Assembly (NCBI RefSeq): GCF_000150275.1
Contig: NW_002060971.1
Location: 289,212-353,211 of the forward strand
DNA from: Trichoplax adhaerens
Lineage: Eukaryota; Animalia; Placozoa
Direction of reading: 5' to 3'
DNA length: 64,000 nt
Translations under genes and position numbers: made by a program
The notes under the pieces: generated by a model
What the model saw: the letters and a program-made list of their open reading frames with translations, nothing else
Databases searched by the model: none
Told to the model about the DNA's origin: nothing
Part shown: positions 40,197 through 53,383 of the stretch, one piece after another
How positions within the stretch are numbered: position 1 is the stretch's first letter
Layout of the letters: the number at the start of each line of letters is the position of its first letter

Positions 40197-43100
40197 ATGG
40201 CGGCAAAATCGACTCCAGACAATCATTGCTATCGTCAAATCGTCATTAATAACAGCCAAGAAGTCCAATGGAAACATTTAGTGATACCATTACCTGATAG
40301 TGCAACCAATAAGAAATCGGAATGGATTATTCCTCCATTTGCTGGCGGTTTCAGTTATAAAAATGCAGGCAATATTAGCTCAGCATCCAGGAATAGATTC
40401 ATTCTATGGTAAGTCCAGACAGACGTTCATGCTGTCCTTGATGTCGTCCACGCTTTTCTACTTTAGCTCAAATGGATATGTTAAATGAATAGAATGATAG
40501 TCTACTAGTCTACAATAGAAAATTCCAATACCATAGATTATCCATGGTCAGCTAACGTAGTCAATTGCTCATCCTTTGGATCCTATCAACGGATAACTAT
40601 CGTTACAGGGATGCCGAGCTTAAAGCTCGTTCTTGTCGTGGGTAGCTGGCCCATTTCATAAGCTTAGGGTAGTATTCATTTGGACCTAAATTCAAAGGAT
40701 AGCGATCGTTTCTATCTTTAGTATCTCTCAGATATACGATCAAGACAAATGATTCCTTTGAAGCTTAATGTTCAAGCTAGCTATGGATTCATTCTCTTGC
40801 ATTTTCCAATCCTGGACAAAAATGATCAAAATAGGCTTGTACTGGATTTCAATGTCAATCAACCATTGCCCCCTAGTCCCCTAATCGGCCATTTTTTAAC
40901 TGGTAGGATATATTACAACTTATCTAAAAATGGCAAGGTAAAGGTGTCGTTACAATGTTCTCCTATTACAAACCACCACCGGCCAATCGTTGCTGTTCAC
41001 TTATTTGCACCGACTCTAAATACAAGTACGCTAGAGTAAAGCCGGCAATAAAGAAATGGATCCAATACCATCTTAAGAGATGACAGGACTTCAATTTGTT
41101 GCGTCGGTCATGGACATTGCAATGCTATGATACTGATTTCCTACTATCACTGGGAGCTTCCATATCTTTCGATTGCAAATCATGTCCATCGATGGATTGG
41201 CTAAATAATAAAAATTGGACACTTTGCATAGAATGTTAAAACGATAGAAATTTCCCATGCTTCTAGCTTATTGTCACCTACTCTAACAGACGCTGATATA
41301 CACTGTATATTATACAGTAGTTGTACACAAAATTGTTATTGCAAGTTGTAGCTAACCATACGATAACTTGTCCAAGCCAATCGTCAATTGCATAATCATC
41401 TACTTGGATTGGTACCACTATTACAATATTAGAACTTTAGTCGATATTTACTGTTGTACTACTCCATTCTGATTTCTGACCAATAAATTGATAAAGTGCC
41501 TTATCCAATGATACCCGAACATACGTATAGTTTGTGACATAGTTTCTTCCTCAAAGATGTACTATCGTAGTGTGTACACTTTTTAGTCAATATAAAGGTA
41601 AAATACTAATTTTTATGCTACATGTTGTAGGCGATGCCAAGATGACGTTATCCAATTACAAGAAGTATGCATGGATTGCAATCTAATAGACAACAACATC
41701 CAATTGCGCTTTCCAAATAGTCGACTATTACCCAATGTTGTCATCAGGGAAACGGAGAAAAATATTACATTATTGCTGGCAACAGATCATAGTGTTCATC
41801 GTTTTACTTTATCTCATCCTGACAAGTTATCAAGAAATGCAACGGTGGCTATTTCTGCATTTTGACCTAGCAAATTGACATCATACAATTGTATCCCTAT
41901 TACGATCTAATGTTACTTTCATAACGTTGCCTCTATTTAGAATTATGGCCAAACCTCCAATAATACTGCACTATCTATCCTGGCTAGCATTACCTTAAAG
42001 GATAGCCTACAATTTTGTAATTACGCTGGGCTACCTGCTATTGGTAGAATGGCATCGGCTGAGTTATTGCAAGACAGTTCAGCTATTTTTGCTGTAATTT
42101 TACCATCTTCTATTAGTATAATCATACTTCCTCCAGTTTCAAGTAACGGTATGCTGCTATATTCGTTACTTTATATCGACATTGATATTTGCCATAACTT
42201 TCGTAACGTTTTTTGATCGATTCTTTTATCATAATTCAATAATAATAATTCTATTAGAAGGTGCAAGAATATTGGAAATTCATCCTGGGACTTTTGTTCA
42301 GCGTTTAATTAGTGGCTTCATATTTGGATCGAAAATGTACCTTCCAATTATATAAAATTAGTTATGCTATTTCATGAAATGATTGCCTTTTTCAACTAAT
42401 GGATCACACGTATTGCCTTTTATGGTTTGACAGGATCACATCAGCAGATAACAACTTACTTCCACAAAGTATCTCATTTCGTCGCTTATCTGACGGCAAG
42501 TTATACTTATTTATGATTTGCCATCGATATCAACTCCGTATTTGGTCGTTAGAGGTAACTTGCGAATGAAGGTTCGACTACGGTCTAGAAGATCACATTT
42601 TTATTATTTCCCTATTGATCGTTTTTAGAAAAATGATTTCATTTTGCACATGGACATGAACATCTACAGGCCATCATCGGCTGATAGCGATTCTTCTGCA
42701 GGTATGTACAAGCATAGCATTTTTTGCTAACATATGGGACTATAGAACTTCATTCAAGCGATTATATTTATCATTTCGGTTTCTTGCTTATTCTCTGATT
42801 TTATGTCAGCAGTAGCTGACCAGCCAAATAGGCTAAGTACCTCGTATGGAGACGTAGGTGAATATGTTGGAGTATTCTTATGCTATCCGGATCATGTACA
42901 GGTAATGACAACATTACACCCTATCTTATAGCATTGAATTTAAACATCAATTATTTATCATATAACTTAGAAATAATTCATTTGCTGGTATTCCATACTT
43001 GACTCTGATCCTACTTGCTGTGTGTTATATTTTAGTTTACCCTACTTAATCCAATACTCGATAATGGAAAGCTAACTATGCAATATTTAGGCTCAGTGAA

Positions 43101-46100
43101 CGATACTAACTCGGTCTGTGTTTTAATTTGGGTGAAACTTTATTTCATGATTGGTAATTGATTTATCTGCAAACTTAAATTTACTGACCTGAGTAATATG
43201 GATATTACAGAATATTTTTATCAGTTTTGCTGTAACAAATCAAAATATTTGGACGCTATGGAAGAATAGCAAAGGCGAAACTCTTTTAAAATTTCTTCCC
43301 GTACTTAGGTATGTTACCATTGAACAGGATTGATTAAAGCGCTTAATATACTATACCTAGATGAATGTAAGCACCATCTAAAAGAATGATACGAATACTG
43401 AAATATTATGAAACGATTGCTTTAGTACTCAGAAGAATCCTGTAGGTTGGCATCAAGTAAATGTATCCTCAAACGAAAATTGCGATACTGATGGATTAAA
43501 TGATAGCGACGTTGAGGTATATATATGAGATATCATTAGTTTTTGCTCGTAAAGCAGCTTGCAGCTAACATTTCGGTTGCTGTATATATTTATACCTTAG
43601 GAATACTTTATGAGATTTATATTTTTTCCTGGACGATTTTCGCGCTCTACAATTGCCAAAGCTATCCAGGTAATATTGCAATCAATATTGCTGCAAAGTC
43701 TTTCAAGCAATCAATGCATTTAATTACTGTAACATTATTGCCTGTAGATTACGAATCATGCTGTCACAGGACAGAATACGACGTTATCTGGAGTTTATGG
43801 AGAAGGAAGCCCTCCATCATTGGATTTATTAGTAAAAGATGTAATCTCGTTAATGTCATATCAAGTTAGTAATAGGTCATTTTCACATATGGTAATTGCA
43901 GAATAAAAAATAAAAATTAATCGAGCTCGCCGTTCATATTTGCGCCAAATTCAGATTCAGTTAGCGTGTGAAGTTTATGATGAAATATCGGAGGAGGCGC
44001 TAAGGAGTATTCAAGAGAACTGTTGGTCCAAATTTTGTAATAGCTGTCAAGACTTTAGCCAGGTATAAATGCTAGTTGTCCTTCATTGCCTAAGCACATT
44101 TATATATTGCAGCTTTAGTCATAATGGTTCTCGACACTTTTAGATCGAACGCGAAGCGTTTGGTATTTTTACTGATAACAGTACCGGATTGGCTTGCATT
44201 ATTAGAAGAAATTCTACTTCCTATATATATCCAACTGATGTTTTAGCAAGTTTCTGGGATAAAACTTTAACTTATACCAACGGTATAACAAAATTTAAAT
44301 CTATTCAAAAAAATGACTTTGTTAAATTTTATTGACAGACTAACAGAGGATAGTAATCAGATCTTCTCTATTTTAGGTATAGCCGATAATATTGCAATGC
44401 TTATTGAATGTATTGACTTAATCAAAACGCACTTAACTCAAGAAATTCACCTTCGTATCGAATATGATCTACATCGTGGTCTTGATCCGATTATGACTAT
44501 TTCCGATATTGCTGAGCAAATATCTGGAAAGTACGTCAGATTTACAATTATGATAATTTCATATCTTAAAAATTAAATTTTTGCTGTATTTTATTCTATT
44601 GCACGGTAGTTTAAATACTGCATCTCCAATGGCTAGTACACCGCATTACGATCTTATAACTACCTTGGAGAAGAAGTAAGCTTTATTTGAAAGCTTGAAA
44701 TCGTTTTCGATAATCATTATTTTTTAGCTTGTTTAAGCTCAGCTTCAAATTTCCTTATAGATTGATTGCAATAGGGGATATCTCAGCGGCTATTAGCAAT
44801 ACGATTGAACTTTTGGACGTATTTGAAAAGATTGTTGACAGTAATGAAATTACAACCGATAACGAAGGTGGTAGCAAGTCTTTAATACTTATTTGGTAAT
44901 TGTCTTACTCAAGTCTGCAAAACTATTTATTTTAGGCATTGAACAAATTAGCTGTGGACGATTGTATAGCAGTAGGATGGCAATGAGGATTCTTTCTACA
45001 GCACTTACGGATATCGCCCATGTGCGATTTGGGATTTGCTGCGATCTATTGCTACTACAATCTTGTATTCTCTATTTCGAAAATAAGGTGCGTTAATTGT
45101 CGGAATCTTGCAAATGATCTGTATGCAGATTTAGCACCTGTATCTGATCTTGTGCTTTAAAATATTATTTTGACACACTATCGTTTCTCAGGCTTTTCTA
45201 CATGAAGGAGATCATTGCAATACTATAAAATGTTTGTTAATACCTCATACGATGAATTTACTACGAGCATACTATTCAATCTATTGGCTCGGTCAACAGC
45301 CTTGTTCGGCAGCAAGTGGAGACGAAATGTATGCACTATTTACTTTTATCTTTCCACTTTATTCACTTTTGTCAACCGTACAGCAAACACTATACTGTAT
45401 TATAGTGCTTATTAAAGATGTTATGCTAACTGTAATTATACTATTTCGATAGGGAGTTTAATATGCGTCAGCTAGCTGCCTTAGAAATTTCTTCAACTTC
45501 TGGTCTTTTCTCGGCTGTAATCGCAGGTAACTTCAGCATCTTACAATGGAACGATTTATATTCGTATATTCTAAGCATAATAAAATTTCATAGATCCAAA
45601 CTATACCTTGAGCGAGCTGTATTTAGCTGGATCAGCTGGATTTAAAATGAGATCGCTTTTAATGCAGTCAGAAGTCTGGCATGATCGACTTACGAATTCT
45701 AATAATTGGTTACTATGGCCTGATGTTGCGCAAGCTTGCTTTGAAAAGCTACTGCAAATCTTGTATCTTACTTACGAGCCTTACCTTTAGCCAAAACTTT
45801 CAATATGATTATACTTTATTTCATTCATAAAATTGTGACTATTCTCTTTGACTCATAAATGTACAGCTGGCCGGAACAGTGTAGTGTTTCGTTAGTAGAA
45901 TGTTTGGTCGCAAATTGTCAGTACGAAGAAGCAAAGGTAAGATGTAGTTGAATATGGAAAATAGCAAATTTTTTGTTAAAGAGCAGTTGCTGTAGTTCCA
46001 CAACTCACAATCAACAATGATTTTATTCGTAATTAAATAATTAATGCACGGTTTTAGTTCTATGTAAATATGGTAAATGCCATAACAGAGGAAGGCTTAG

Positions 46101-49100
46101 CCGCTCGTGAATTCATGCTAGGGCAGTGCTATTTAAGTACTGCGGATGGTAGTAAAGCTCTGGAATGCTTTATTTCGGCTTCAAATGGGATTGGTATGCA
46201 GTATTTGTCACTATCTAAGATTAAATTGTTTCCTAATATTCTTGGCTATTTTCAATTAATGACTTTGGTGAATCTAAATGATTAATCGATATGTCTACAG
46301 CTTCAGATAGATTCTTTTGGAAATTATTAATGTCCGAGGTCTATAATGAAAAACGAGTTACAGCTCTTTATTATATGAAGGTGTGAATACTTTGATTTGA
46401 TATATGTATTGAGGAATAACTTTACAATTGTGCAACATTCTATTCGCTACTATCTCTTGAATTTGTAATTTGTCTAGTTTTAAATCTAATGCAGCGGTAT
46501 CAGGTAGTTGCTATTGTACTGTAGGCAGTATGATCAAATTTATCAACTTAGAATCTGAAATTTTTATTTCCATGTTTCTAAAGGTCATGCGTCTGTTTGA
46601 ACAATTTTCCTACTTCGATTTGGCAATTATTGCTGCCCGCACTGCCATCAATTCGGTAGATTCCTGCGATGAGGAGATTGTAAGTTTTTACTTAGCAATT
46701 ACTGTATATTGATATGTTAAATAACTGTAATGTTTCTGTTATTTAATTGTAGCCAGTATTTTGGTCAAATATCTTCAAGTATTACTTAGAACTTGGTCAG
46801 GCAGAACAGGCATATAATGCTCTTGCATCAAATCCTGATGTTGAGCGCCAGAAGGATTGCTTGCAGCTTTTTGTTACTGTTCTTTGTGAAAATTTGGATT
46901 TTAAGACCTTATGCCAATTTCCTTACGAAGGATTTGTCGATATCGTGAGTTCTTTTAACTGACTGTAATGATATCGAATAGCTTGTAAGTACACTAACAA
47001 TACTATTAAGCTCTGTACCATATTAATATATTCACCTAGGTATCAGAAATCATGTTGAACCGAGCTCGCAATGTTAGCATGTCGTCCAATTGTTACTATG
47101 ATCAACTATACTCTTTTCATGTATTTAGGAATAATTTCAGAAAAGGTAAGTTTAGTATTGAAGGTGCACAATGTATGTTGCTAAGGGCGCATTTTCTAAA
47201 CGATATTACTGTTATATTTAGCTGCTTGTGTAATGTATGAATGCGCTTCTCGTCTGGCTGAAGAATGTGTTGGCGTTGCTAGTCTACAACAACAGGTTGA
47301 AAGATAGCTTGCTATGGCATACAACACATCGCGAATGTGCATCATTATTTAAGGTTTTATATGTTATTTTATAGGCTAAGTGCTATTTAGTAGCTAGGAA
47401 CTCTCTCCATTTAGTTACCGCCGACCGTCGTTGGATATTATGCCCTAAACTAGAGTTACCGATATCTGTAAGATGCTTCGGTTTTTTATAAATAAAGGTT
47501 ATAACTTGAGAAAGTAATATTTATGAGTTCTTGTAGAAATCTAACGCTTTGGATAAATCCGAGAATGCCGCAGAGATTAGTGACATAACTGACATCTGTC
47601 TGCGTAAGTAGTCCAATGAGATGCTACCTTGGTAGATCAATTATTTTGCTGTCAGTACTAAGGCTAAATTTTTTGCTTTCAGCGACGTTAAAAAATTGTG
47701 TTGTAGGTAGCAAGATGGTAGAAGTTGGTGATGTTGATAAAGATTATATGCTCGTAATATCTCGTCTACAAATACTACAAAGAGATGATAACACTAAGTA
47801 TTCTGAAGGTAATTTATTGTTATGTTCTAATTATTATTGCATGTCAGTATCCTGTGTAAATAAACCATCGTATCAAGTAGAGTAATTTTTATCTGATACC
47901 ATTAACCTGTGAACTTACAGGCCAATTCACTCCCGAAGAAACTCTGGTTTATCTGATATCGGCTGGTTTATTTGATACCGCCTTTTCACTTGCACGTGCT
48001 TTTGATATACCATATAGCAAAATCTTTGAAGGATTGGCTTACAAGTAAGTATCATAAATGTTATACATAGACGATGTTACTGGGAATAAAATTGTAATGA
48101 TCTTTTAACCTCTGCGAAATCGTTCTAATTTTTCTAATTTTTTGTAAGCAATTCAATTTGAACTGATTTTAAAAGAATTCTATTATTTTGATTTTTGTTA
48201 AAATTGCGAAGGTGTTGCTCACTATCAAACGATCGCAAAAATGGGTATGGAAAATATCTTTTCGTCAACTAATTAAGGCGTATGATGTTGTGTTAATATT
48301 ATATTTCGCTACATTTATGAGCTGTATCTGTTATTATCCGTTAGCTATCAAATTGATGACAGCGAGTTAGCCTGGCTAAAAGCGAACGATTTTTCATTCG
48401 TATGCTCTAATAGGGAACTGAGGTATTGCATGAGTAAACCTGTGATTTCTGTAGTTGTTATCGAGTTTAAACTTGTATTGCTATTGTATTAGCCCTACAG
48501 ATCGAGCATGGCTATTATTGGAACATTATCTGAGTTATTTTGATGGTGCTGAGAGTAGCACGTTTTATGCTTGCGTTATAAATAAGCTGCTGTCTCTAAA
48601 TTGTTCTTTGCCGTACTGGTTATCGTCATCGTTAAAGGTGATTTTTCATACCTAATTTAGTTATACGCGTATGTTATATAAGAAATTTATTGAATTTAAT
48701 CGATAATTGTAATTCGTGAAGAAATTAGACTTGGCTACACTTCTGCGCCTGTACATCCAGTATGACTTTTTAAGTGAAGCTACGCAGCTGGTTATGGATT
48801 ATATTGATGCTGTGCACGGGATTCATACAGCGGAATTCGGCCTTAAGGTAAGGTTATTTAGCTAAAAGAAGTTATTGATGATATTACGACTTTTAAAGAT
48901 GTATTGATTGGTAAAGACTGTAATTTTCTAATCGTTATTGAACAAATATTAATGAATGAATTAGAATGCTGCTCATGCCGACAGTCCGAGCGTTTGGCTG
49001 CCTTATTCATCGATTGATCATTTGTTACAGTTACTGGATAAGATTTCATCGGAAACAGAGTTGTATAAGGTTGAATTTATACACAACAATGTCGAAATAA

Positions 49101-49325
49101 TATACTTATTATATTACCATAGTGAATCTTGAAAGTATATTGTATAACTCTTATTAATTTAATTCTTAGTTAAAGAAAGAATTGCAAGACAAACTTGGGC
49201 GATATTTAGAATTTGCTGATAAAATTTCAGTAATTAAGATTGATAACGAGCAAAGTCGGAGAATGACCAGAGAATTACAAGGCGTTGCAAGTGCAGGCAA
49301 TATACCATTCCAGTTTGTAAAGTAG
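40197..49325 (+). CDS. NUP160: Nuclear pore complex protein Nup160, multi-exon
   Basis: Spliced product includes AGGFSY...SRNRFILW|RCQDDVIQLQEVCMDCNLIDNNIQLRF, SVHRFTLSHP, LRIWS, HVRFGICCDLLLLQ, MRQLAALEIS, LLQIFWP..LVECLVANCQY, FMLGQCYL..KALECF, IFKYYLELG, NPDVERQKDCL, YYDQLYSFHVFRNNFRKAA, LPYWL, WLPYSSIDHLL, all typical of metazoan Nup160. TAG at 49323-49325. Confidence 0.94.
45763..45866 (+). other. Candidate U12-type (minor spliceosome) GT-AG intron in NUP160
   Basis: Donor TT|GTATCTTAC resembles GTATCCTT and is a poor U2 donor. TTCTCTTTGAC branch-like site has its A ~15 nt from the AG, with no pyrimidine tract after it. The intron is phase 2. Confidence 0.6.
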
Positions 49326-50041
49326 CTAAGGACTAAAACATATAATTCCATAGTCTCTAGCTACGAAAATGTAAAACATGTATTATTTTGATTACGAGTA
49401 TTCGACTGGCTTTCGATTATCAAACTTCATCGTTAACTTTTTTTGTAAAAACTCTGAAATTATTATACATACGCATATGCGGTATACACCTTTGTATAAT
49501 TAGGCTTAATTCATGTGAAATTAGTTTTTCATGCATTGACGAGCATTAAGATACTCTTAAAGGAAGTCAATATTTGCTATACTAGAATATTGACTCAATT
49601 CAGGTTTATTTAAAATTTAACGTTCGATGATTTATAAATACAGTATAAACGTATTAAATAATGCTTGCAGTAGTGATTACGTATAGTATATAGCGGTAGA
49701 TTAAACTAATCTGACGTTCTAAAAGAAAATGAATTGGATTGAACTGTGACTACATAATATTAATAGTCGCTGGCCTTCATTACTACGGTAACGCCACATT
49801 TGTATGAGTTAGTTTGTACGTATCATATTTTACGTGCATTCTTATCCAGTTCATAGTTGCATATAACGTGCTGTACTTTTCTTCGAGTTAATAGTTTCAA
49901 CTTTCTATTATTTGCAGTAAGGGTACCGTATGTCATTTAAGATTATGTTATACATTAAGTATATAAGGTAGTTAATTAAATATACATTGAGTGGTATTTA
50001 TGTAGGGCAAGTCTTAAGGATGTAGTACATATAGCTGTATT

Positions 50042-52086
50042 TTACTTCCGGATTATCGTGAATGACTGAAATTCTCGAGACGCTATAGAAAGATTGTTTT
50101 TGAATTCGCATTTTGTTATTCTTGATTTAGGGCTTCCTTTCGTTGATAACCAAATTCTCCTACAACGTAGCACATTTGTAAAATATTAATATACGTGTAT
50201 CTTGTACAGTGTAAGAGGATTGCAAGTTTATAAATATATATATATATATATGTATACTATAATAAAGTAATTACATTAAATTCTAAAGTTTAGATTTCTG
50301 TGTCGTCGCTACAACCGATATTATAATAGACGTTGCAATAAAATAAAATTTTTTTTTAACATATATACACATACATGGTCTCGATACTATCATGTGGTCC
50401 TTGAATGACCCCGACAACGGTATTGTGAGGGGTATTTTTGACCCAACCAACTAACTTTAATTGATTAGCTTTCTTTTCTGTATGCTGTAATAGTGAAAGA
50501 TTATATTACATGAAGCATTATAAAATCAAATTCAGCCAAGGATTGACTTATTGTAAGAATCGGTGAACTAGTAGTAAGGCAGAGAAATACAACATATGTT
50601 ATATTTACCTTTCTAAAGAAAACACCTAGCCAGAAGCATAATTCATTGATTTCATGGGCATGGTATTGAAAGATGCATTAATTATTCAGCTTATTACAAA
50701 TGTTATGAGTTTGTAGCTAGTAGAATATTATTAGGAGCATCAATCCAAATTAAAAACTTTTGCGATCTATCAACTTGACACGACATATGAAACGCTGTCT
50801 CATTGATCACAATTAATGTTCGTTTGTAAGATCTTAGAATTATTCATGTAACAAGTCACTGATGATTCCAGTATATGCCAAATCAATCAACACTAGGTAT
50901 TATGGTCTGCTTTTCTATTTATCATATATGACTGAAAGTATAATTTTAGCATACTAATTCACTCATAAGTGCCATGTCTATCTGCTATCCATAAAGTTTC
51001 GTATAACAGTCCTATATAGCTCAGAAATTGTTACTCTTTACATCATGGATTGCCAAATACATAGTTAAAATGATAGCGTAGTTTTGGTCACAAGCGTATA
51101 AATAGTAGGAATTCAGATATACTTGCTCTCTGCCATTATGCAGTATCACTGCAGCTATAAACTACAGGATATTTTAGAGCTGTTACATAAAAAATTACTC
51201 TTACTGCAATTGTATACTGTATGTACTCTAGTATTTTAGAGCTGTTACTGGAATTACTCAGTCATTGGGTAATACCTATGACATCCTACTATCGTTTAAT
51301 TTTTAATTTCTATCGTGATCACAAATCGTAGGGTGGTGAGCAATAGCTACACTAACTGTTGTATTAACTATTACGTTATGATTCTTCTGATGGCTTACAG
51401 TTGGCACCTGATCATTAATGTACATGACTGTCATGTAGGATGATATCGAATTAGTAGTAGAAATAGAGAATGTATTGAGCGATTGAAATCTCATTCTTTG
51501 TCTTTCTCACCCTCAATTTGCGGTGACTAATCCGTAGTTATTATGCTTTTACAGATTAAATCTGTATACCTTATCGATCATTACTCACACTAGGTATTAC
51601 AAAATTAATATCTCATGGAAATTGAAGAGGTTGGATTTAAATCCGGATGATGCACTCCAACTCATTCATAAAAAGAAATTTAATAAACATCCTGCTATGA
51701 TCGATCCAATCTTCAAGTACAGTATCATTAATTCTACTTGATGATCGATACTATTCAGGAATGAATAATGTTAAGGGAAAGATAGCACTTTGTACTTCCA
51801 TCAACGTTGTTAACCAATCAATGAAAGCGAACTACACCAATTGAAATGCAACCGCAAGTGAATGACTGTGACAGATCAGAATGAGCTAATATTAAGACTA
51901 ACTAATTCGATAAATCAATAGAGTGAAAATACCTTGGACATTACCAAAGACTTCAAATTCAACTGATCGAAATCGAGTTGCAGTAGCCATTTGTGACATT
52001 TGAAAATGGTGGATCAATCTTGTCGAGCCAAGGATAACCACAATTAATAACAATATAAAAAAAAAAGCTCTTTGCAAAGCGAACAT
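50042..52086 (-). CDS. ACYP: Acylphosphatase with hydrophobic N-terminal extension; exons 52086-51933, 50625-50609, 50484-50375, 50159-50042
   Basis: Spliced: ...MATATRFRSVEFEVFGNVQG|VFFRK|HTEKKANQLKLVGWVKNTPHNTVVGVIQGPHDSIETM|RIWLSTKGSPKSRITKCEF...FTIIRK*. It has the G-x-V-Q-G-V-x-F-R phosphate loop and the G-W-V-K-N catalytic Asn. Confidence 0.95.
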
Positions 52087-52284
52087 GTAAACAGCTTAGG
52101 CTTCAAAGTCCTCCTAAACTAATTTAAAGTAGGCTAATCAACGTTTAATAGGGAATAAATTAAGTGATATAATGCAATCTTCTGCTCTATTTCTTAACCG
52201 ATGATGATTGTTATTATTATTGCTCGTCATGGGAAGATTTTCAAATGCAGCAGCAGCGCTGCTATGGTGATTATACAGTACGCG

Positions 52285-52460
52285 TACTGTAAGAGATGTA
52301 CTGTAGAACCTTACATACTGTACTGTACAGTACTGCACTAGACGAAGGCGAAGGGTTTGTCCGTCTGTCACGCAGCACGAATACTGTAAGGGATGTACTG
52401 TAGAACCTTACATACTGTACTGTACGTGACTATCGGCGAGGGTCTGTCCGCCTGTCACGT
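52285..52460. repeat. Direct duplication (period 97 nt) in the putative acylphosphatase promoter
   Basis: TACTGTAAG(A/G)GATGTACTGTAGAACCTTACATACTGTACTGTAC at 52285 and 52382, each followed by GGCGA(A)GGGT(T/C)TGTCCG(T/C)CTGTCACG. Confidence 0.9.
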
Positions 52461-53383
52461 CTGTCTGTAGACGAAACGATATAAAATGATTCATGGCGGT
52501 CGTGAAGAAAACCGTCTGGAAGTGATGGACAAACTCCAAAGCGAACGATGCCCAAAAATGTGTTTGAATCTTATAAATTCATTCTATTTATTGAAATTAT
52601 CTTATACTGTGAAAGAAGACGAGCTGAACGATATAAGTTGAACTTAACTTGTAAAAGTTGCTGCGCCAATGAAGGAAAATATTCGGTATTACGGAGCTCA
52701 GTATGGAATTGAACTGACAAGAAGCGTTCGAGCCGCAAAAATTTTCACTAGAGAGTGATTCTTCTATTTTATTCATTTTTTTCTAGGACTAAATACCTCC
52801 ATTCTAATAAATTGTAATGCATATTTCACAGATGAAAGCATTAGGAGCAGCCTTTCCACTGGCTGTAAAGAATGCACACTGCAAGGTAGAGTGGAAACCT
52901 TCGCTAAAATCGCGTTCTGAATGGACTATGGCGCCAAATGGCGGTATTGAAGTTAAACATTTATATAGGCATCCATCCAATCAGCTTTACTAATTTGAAA
53001 AATGAGCTAAAACTTGGTGATAAGATTAACGAAGAGCAGAGCTTTGAGGATTTAAAAGATCTTTCAAAAATTGAAACATGTTTTAAATAGTTATGACAAT
53101 TCTTGTGCCCGCTGGAGTCTATTTGACCGCGGTCTTGCGGTAGCGAATTTTAAGGACTAGAGCTTTATGCCTGACATCTGCAAATAGTAGTTCATGCTGT
53201 AAGTTAACAGCTTGCGTAAAAAGTTTTCTCATTCGATTCAGAGTAAGAAATGGACATTTCATAGACTTTTAGTTTGAAGGTATATCATCTCGAACGCTCT
53301 GGTCATGGCAATATCGCTATTAGGGATAAAATCATGACATCAGCTAATAAGAAGAATAAATCAGCCTATTGTGCAATTGAGCT

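Noticed and set aside
49326-50041. Possible overlapping 3'UTRs of convergent NUP160 and ACYP
   Set aside because: Poly(A)-signal-like hexamers are too common in AT-rich DNA to place the transcript ends without data.
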